The position numbers and the translations under genes are program-made. The notes under the pieces are model-generated. The model was not told the origin of the DNA, ran no database searches, and saw only the letters and a list, made by a program, of their open reading frames with translations. Below, in pieces: positions 5,525-6,835 of a stretch of 6,835 bases of DNA. This DNA is from Fonticula alba ATCC 38817 (lineage: Eukaryota > Protista > Nucleariida), in NCBI GenBank assembly GCA_000388065.2, contig KB932204.1; one strand, given 5' to 3'. Within the stretch, counting starts at the first letter, position 1. Every line of letters starts with the position of its first letter.

Positions 5525-6545
5525 CTTCCAGCACCCGCACCGGGGTCAGTTCCTCGGCGCGACCGTGGAGGATGCCCAGACGCTGGAGCTGCCCAGCTCG
5601 CGGCAGCACCCCCCGCCCGGCCGCGACGACGGGGGCTACCACCACTACCAGCAGCAGCAGCAGCACCACCAACACCACCACCACCACCACCACCACCAAC
5701 GCCACCACCACCACAATCACCATGAGCAGCTCCATGAGGCACTCCCGGGCCACATGGCAGCCGAGGTGCTTGCCGCCCCCGCGGAGGGGCAGTTCCTCCA
5801 GCCCCGTGGCGGCGGGCCCCTGGCCGACGACCCCGGCCCGGCCAACGACCTCCGGGACATCGAGGGGGGCCCCTGGTCGCGGTGGCAGGCGGCCCCCGCC
5901 GGCGCGGCCCCCCAGCCCAGCCCCCCCATCGGCCGGGGGGGGGGCACCCTTGGCAGCGGAGGCAATGGTGCGGGCGCCCGGGCGTCCGGCATGATGATGG
6001 CCGAGGCGGCCCCGGCGTCGGCCGACATGGTTGCCATCCGCGGCGTCGAGGGCGCCCCGGATGCCGGCGGGTGTGGCGCCGCGCCGGCGCCGCCCCCTTC
6101 GGACGGCGGCCAGCACCACCCCTATCATCACCCCCTGGCGCCGGGGGAGAAGGCTGGCCACTTTGGGGCCGGGCTTTCGCCCTCCGGCCCGGCGGGCCTG
6201 GCCATGCCCGAGGACCTCCCGGCGCACCACCACCACCACCACCACCAGCAGCAGCAGCGCCACCACCACCACCACCACCACCAATTCCACCAGCCGTACT
6301 ATGGCCAGCAAGTCCATGCCCCTGGCCAGCACCAGGGCCATCACGGCCTCCACCACATGAAGGACAGCCCGGCGCCGGCCATGACGCCGACCGGGCAGCA
6401 GCAGCAGCTGCTGCTGCTGCAGGTGCCTGGCAATGGCGGCGGGGGGCCGGGGGGAAGTTCCTCCTCCGGGACGCCGCGCCCGGCGGTGTCCGCCAGCAGT
6501 TCGTGGCAAGACCTCGATGCGGTCATGGCCTCGGCCGCCGAGTAG
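312..6545 (+). CDS. Large bZIP transcription factor, 4 exons, join(312..444,556..959,1316..2786,3124..6545), 1809 aa
   Basis: ATG at 312 in CCGCCATGA context, in-frame TAG at 282-284 upstream, no ATG in 1-311. Exon lengths 133+404+1471+3422=5430 nt (divisible by 3), junction phases 1/0/1 match, stop TAG at 6543-6545. bZIP domain in exon 3. Confidence 0.85.
445..555 (+). other. Intron 1 (111 nt, phase 1, in frame and stop-free)
   Basis: GTGCGC donor, GCTGAC branch candidate at 519-524, CGCAG acceptor. The terminal AG is the only AG in the interval. CA-rich tract at 494-510 and more A/T-ending codons than the flanking exons. Could be retained because it is 3n and open. Confidence 0.65.
556..959 (+). 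CDS. Exon 2 (polyQ, Y/G/P/H/M-rich)
   Basis: Same frame as exon 1; ends at ATG|GTGCGT, phase 0. Beyond this point the frame loses coding character and stops at 1206-1208. Confidence 0.85.
591..623 (+). repeat. (CAG)11 encoding polyQ
   Basis: Direct reading, in frame in exon 2. Confidence 0.97.
1010..1020 (+). repeat. C11 homopolymer in intron 2
   Basis: Direct reading. Confidence 0.95.
1080..1135 (+). repeat. 12-bp tandem repeat (CCTGTGTCGCTG) x4.7 in intron 2
   Basis: Four perfect units at 1080-1127 plus partial CCTGTGTC. Confidence 0.97.
1210..1228 (+). repeat. C10-G-C8 tract in intron 2
   Basis: Direct reading. Confidence 0.93.
1285..1306 (+). repeat. (CACGCA)3CACA tract before the intron 2 acceptor
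   Basis: Direct reading. Confidence 0.93.
1316..2786 (+). CDS. Exon 3 (contains bZIP domain and HA/HP repeat)
   Basis: Coding-like part of ORF 527..3448 (LPNSIMIPG...DELTA); ends at GCCG|GTGCGT, phase 1. Confidence 0.9.
1799..1960 (+). other. bZIP domain (basic region plus leucine zipper)
   Basis: QQRRQERNRAAARRSREKKKEYLSELETTNQALLAGTQDLRRHVERLQRELCRL: invariant N-x7-R, five leucines at exact 7-residue spacing, Asn at an a position. Confidence 0.95.
2582..2641 (+). repeat. His-Ala/His-Pro coding repeat (CACGCG/CACCCG units)
   Basis: Encodes HHHAHAHAHHHAHAHPHPHH. Confidence 0.93.
2787..3123 (+). other. Intron 3 (337 nt, phase 1)
   Basis: GTGCGT donor, C12 and C14 runs, TACTGAC at 2961-2967, CTCAC at 3080-3084, CCCCCCACAG acceptor. 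The junction G|GC puts exon 3 in frame with ORF 3054..6545. Confidence 0.85.
2928..3009 (+). repeat. C12 (2928-2939) and C14 (2996-3009) homopolymers in intron 3
   Basis: Direct reading. Confidence 0.92.
3124..6545 (+). CDS. Exon 4 (long low-complexity C-terminal region)
   Basis: Uninterrupted frame with strong G/C third-position bias and triplet repeats in register; no intron-like segment seen. Confidence 0.88.
3249..3284 (+). repeat. (ACCGGC)6 encoding (Thr-Gly)6
   Basis: Direct reading. Confidence 0.96.
4200..4229 (+). repeat. (CAGCCG)5 encoding (Gln-Pro)5
   Basis: Direct reading. Confidence 0.95.
4584..4616 (+). repeat. (GCC)11 encoding polyAla
   Basis: Direct reading. Confidence 0.96.
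5139..5159 (+). repeat. CAA(CAG)6 encoding Q7
   Basis: Direct reading. Confidence 0.93.
5487..5522 (+). repeat. (CAG)12 encoding polyQ
   Basis: Direct reading. Confidence 0.96.
5640..5723 (+). repeat. CAC/CAG-rich His/Gln block 1
   Basis: Encodes HHYQQQQQHHQHHHHHHHHQRHHHHNHH. Confidence 0.93.
6225..6290 (+). repeat. CAC/CAG-rich His/Gln block 2
   Basis: Encodes HHHHHHHQQQQRHHHHHHHQFH. Confidence 0.93.
6395..6420. repeat. Perfect 26-bp palindrome G(CAG)4(CTG)4C
   Basis: Reads identically on both strands, checked base by base. Confidence 0.95.
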
Positions 6546-6578
6546 GGCAAAGTTGAAGCCGACGAGCCGTTGCGCGCA

Positions 6579-6600
6579 TGTGTGTCTGCGCGCGCGCGCG
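6579..6600 (+). repeat. TGTGTGTCT(GC)n tract downstream of the stop codon
   Basis: Direct reading; alternating G/C at 6588-6600. Confidence 0.9.
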
Positions 6601-6647
6601 AAAGCGTGCCTTCCTGCCGGCCGCGCCAGGCCGCCGGCGGGACTCAC

Positions 6648-6700
6648 CTGTCCCGGGCTCACGAGGCCAGCAGTCAGCCTCCTCCGCCAAGGCACGGGTG
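6648..6700 (-). other. Candidate 53-nt exon of an antisense or convergent spliced transcript
   Basis: On the minus strand, a T-rich tract (6743-6714) and CAG acceptor (6703-6701) lie upstream and a CAG|GTGAGT donor (6650-6642) lies downstream. Confidence 0.35.
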
Positions 6701-6713
6701 CTGGATCCGAGGG

Positions 6714-6743
6714 AAAAAAAAGCAAAAAAAAAGAAAAGAAAAA
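6714..6743. repeat. Poly(dA:dT)-rich tract (26 of 30 nt A on + strand)
   Basis: A8-GC-A9-G-A4-G-A5; the only strongly AT-rich stretch in the window. Confidence 0.95.
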
Positions 6744-6835
6744 GTGGCCGACCCTATTCCGGGAGGGCAGTGCGTCAAGCGCCCGAAATAGACCGAGCAA
6801 CAGCGAAAAGCCAGCAGGGCATCGGTGGGCTTGTG

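Noticed and set aside
841-5994. Alternative-frame plus-strand ORFs (841..2046, 4376..5725, 4990..5994 and others)
   Set aside because: Arg/Pro-rich or Ser/Thr-run frameshift readings of the real exons, as expected at this GC content.
6341-6526. Antisense 61-aa ORF from GCCATGA at 6526 as a real protein
   Set aside because: Its composition (SSSSCCCC, PPPP) is explained by the sense repeats and no independent coding signal is visible. It is kept only as a possible part of the antisense model.
3054-6545. 1163-aa ORF as an independent gene starting at ATG 3054
   Set aside because: The ATG lies in intron-like sequence upstream of a branch candidate and acceptor whose phase matches the exon 3 donor. 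An internal promoter cannot be fully excluded without TSS data.
6714-6743. A-rich tract as a retroposed poly(A) tail or polyadenylation signal
   Set aside because: The gene retains introns, the tract is interrupted and lacks flanking duplications, and no AATAAA or TGTAA is seen in 6546-6835, so the 3' end cannot be placed.
276-6800. Long minus-strand ORFs 276..1283, 1448..2950, 3081..4880 and 4980..6800
   Set aside because: Each is in codon register with the sense exon it overlaps. They stay open because TTA, CTA and TCA codons are rare in the sense gene (4980..6800 ends at a sense TCA). Their peptides are complements of the sense repeats.

Overview
Very GC-rich eukaryotic genomic DNA dominated by one + strand, four-exon gene: join(312..444,556..959,1316..2786,3124..6545) = 5430 nt, 1809 aa. 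Splice phases match at all three junctions. The three GT-AG introns have GTGCGY donors, CTGAC/CTCAC branch candidates and CAG acceptors. The only recognisable folded domain is a bZIP (1799..1960, about aa 341-394; ATF/CREB/Hac1-like basic region, five heptad leucines). The rest is low-complexity P/G/A sequence with polyQ, polyH, polyA, HA/HP, TG and QP tracts. The long ORFs in the track are intron read-through or GC shadows of this gene. No RNA gene, transposase or CRISPR array is visible. The best leads are minus-strand splice signals just past the stop codon (possible antisense or convergent spliced transcript), an unusual 3' end of intron 3, a perfect 26-bp (CAG)4(CTG)4 palindrome in the CDS, mirrored (GC)6(AC)n elements flanking the CDS, and shared intronic motifs. 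The style suggests a high-GC protist such as Fonticula, but that is an unverified impression. I cannot claim a new biological system from this window alone.
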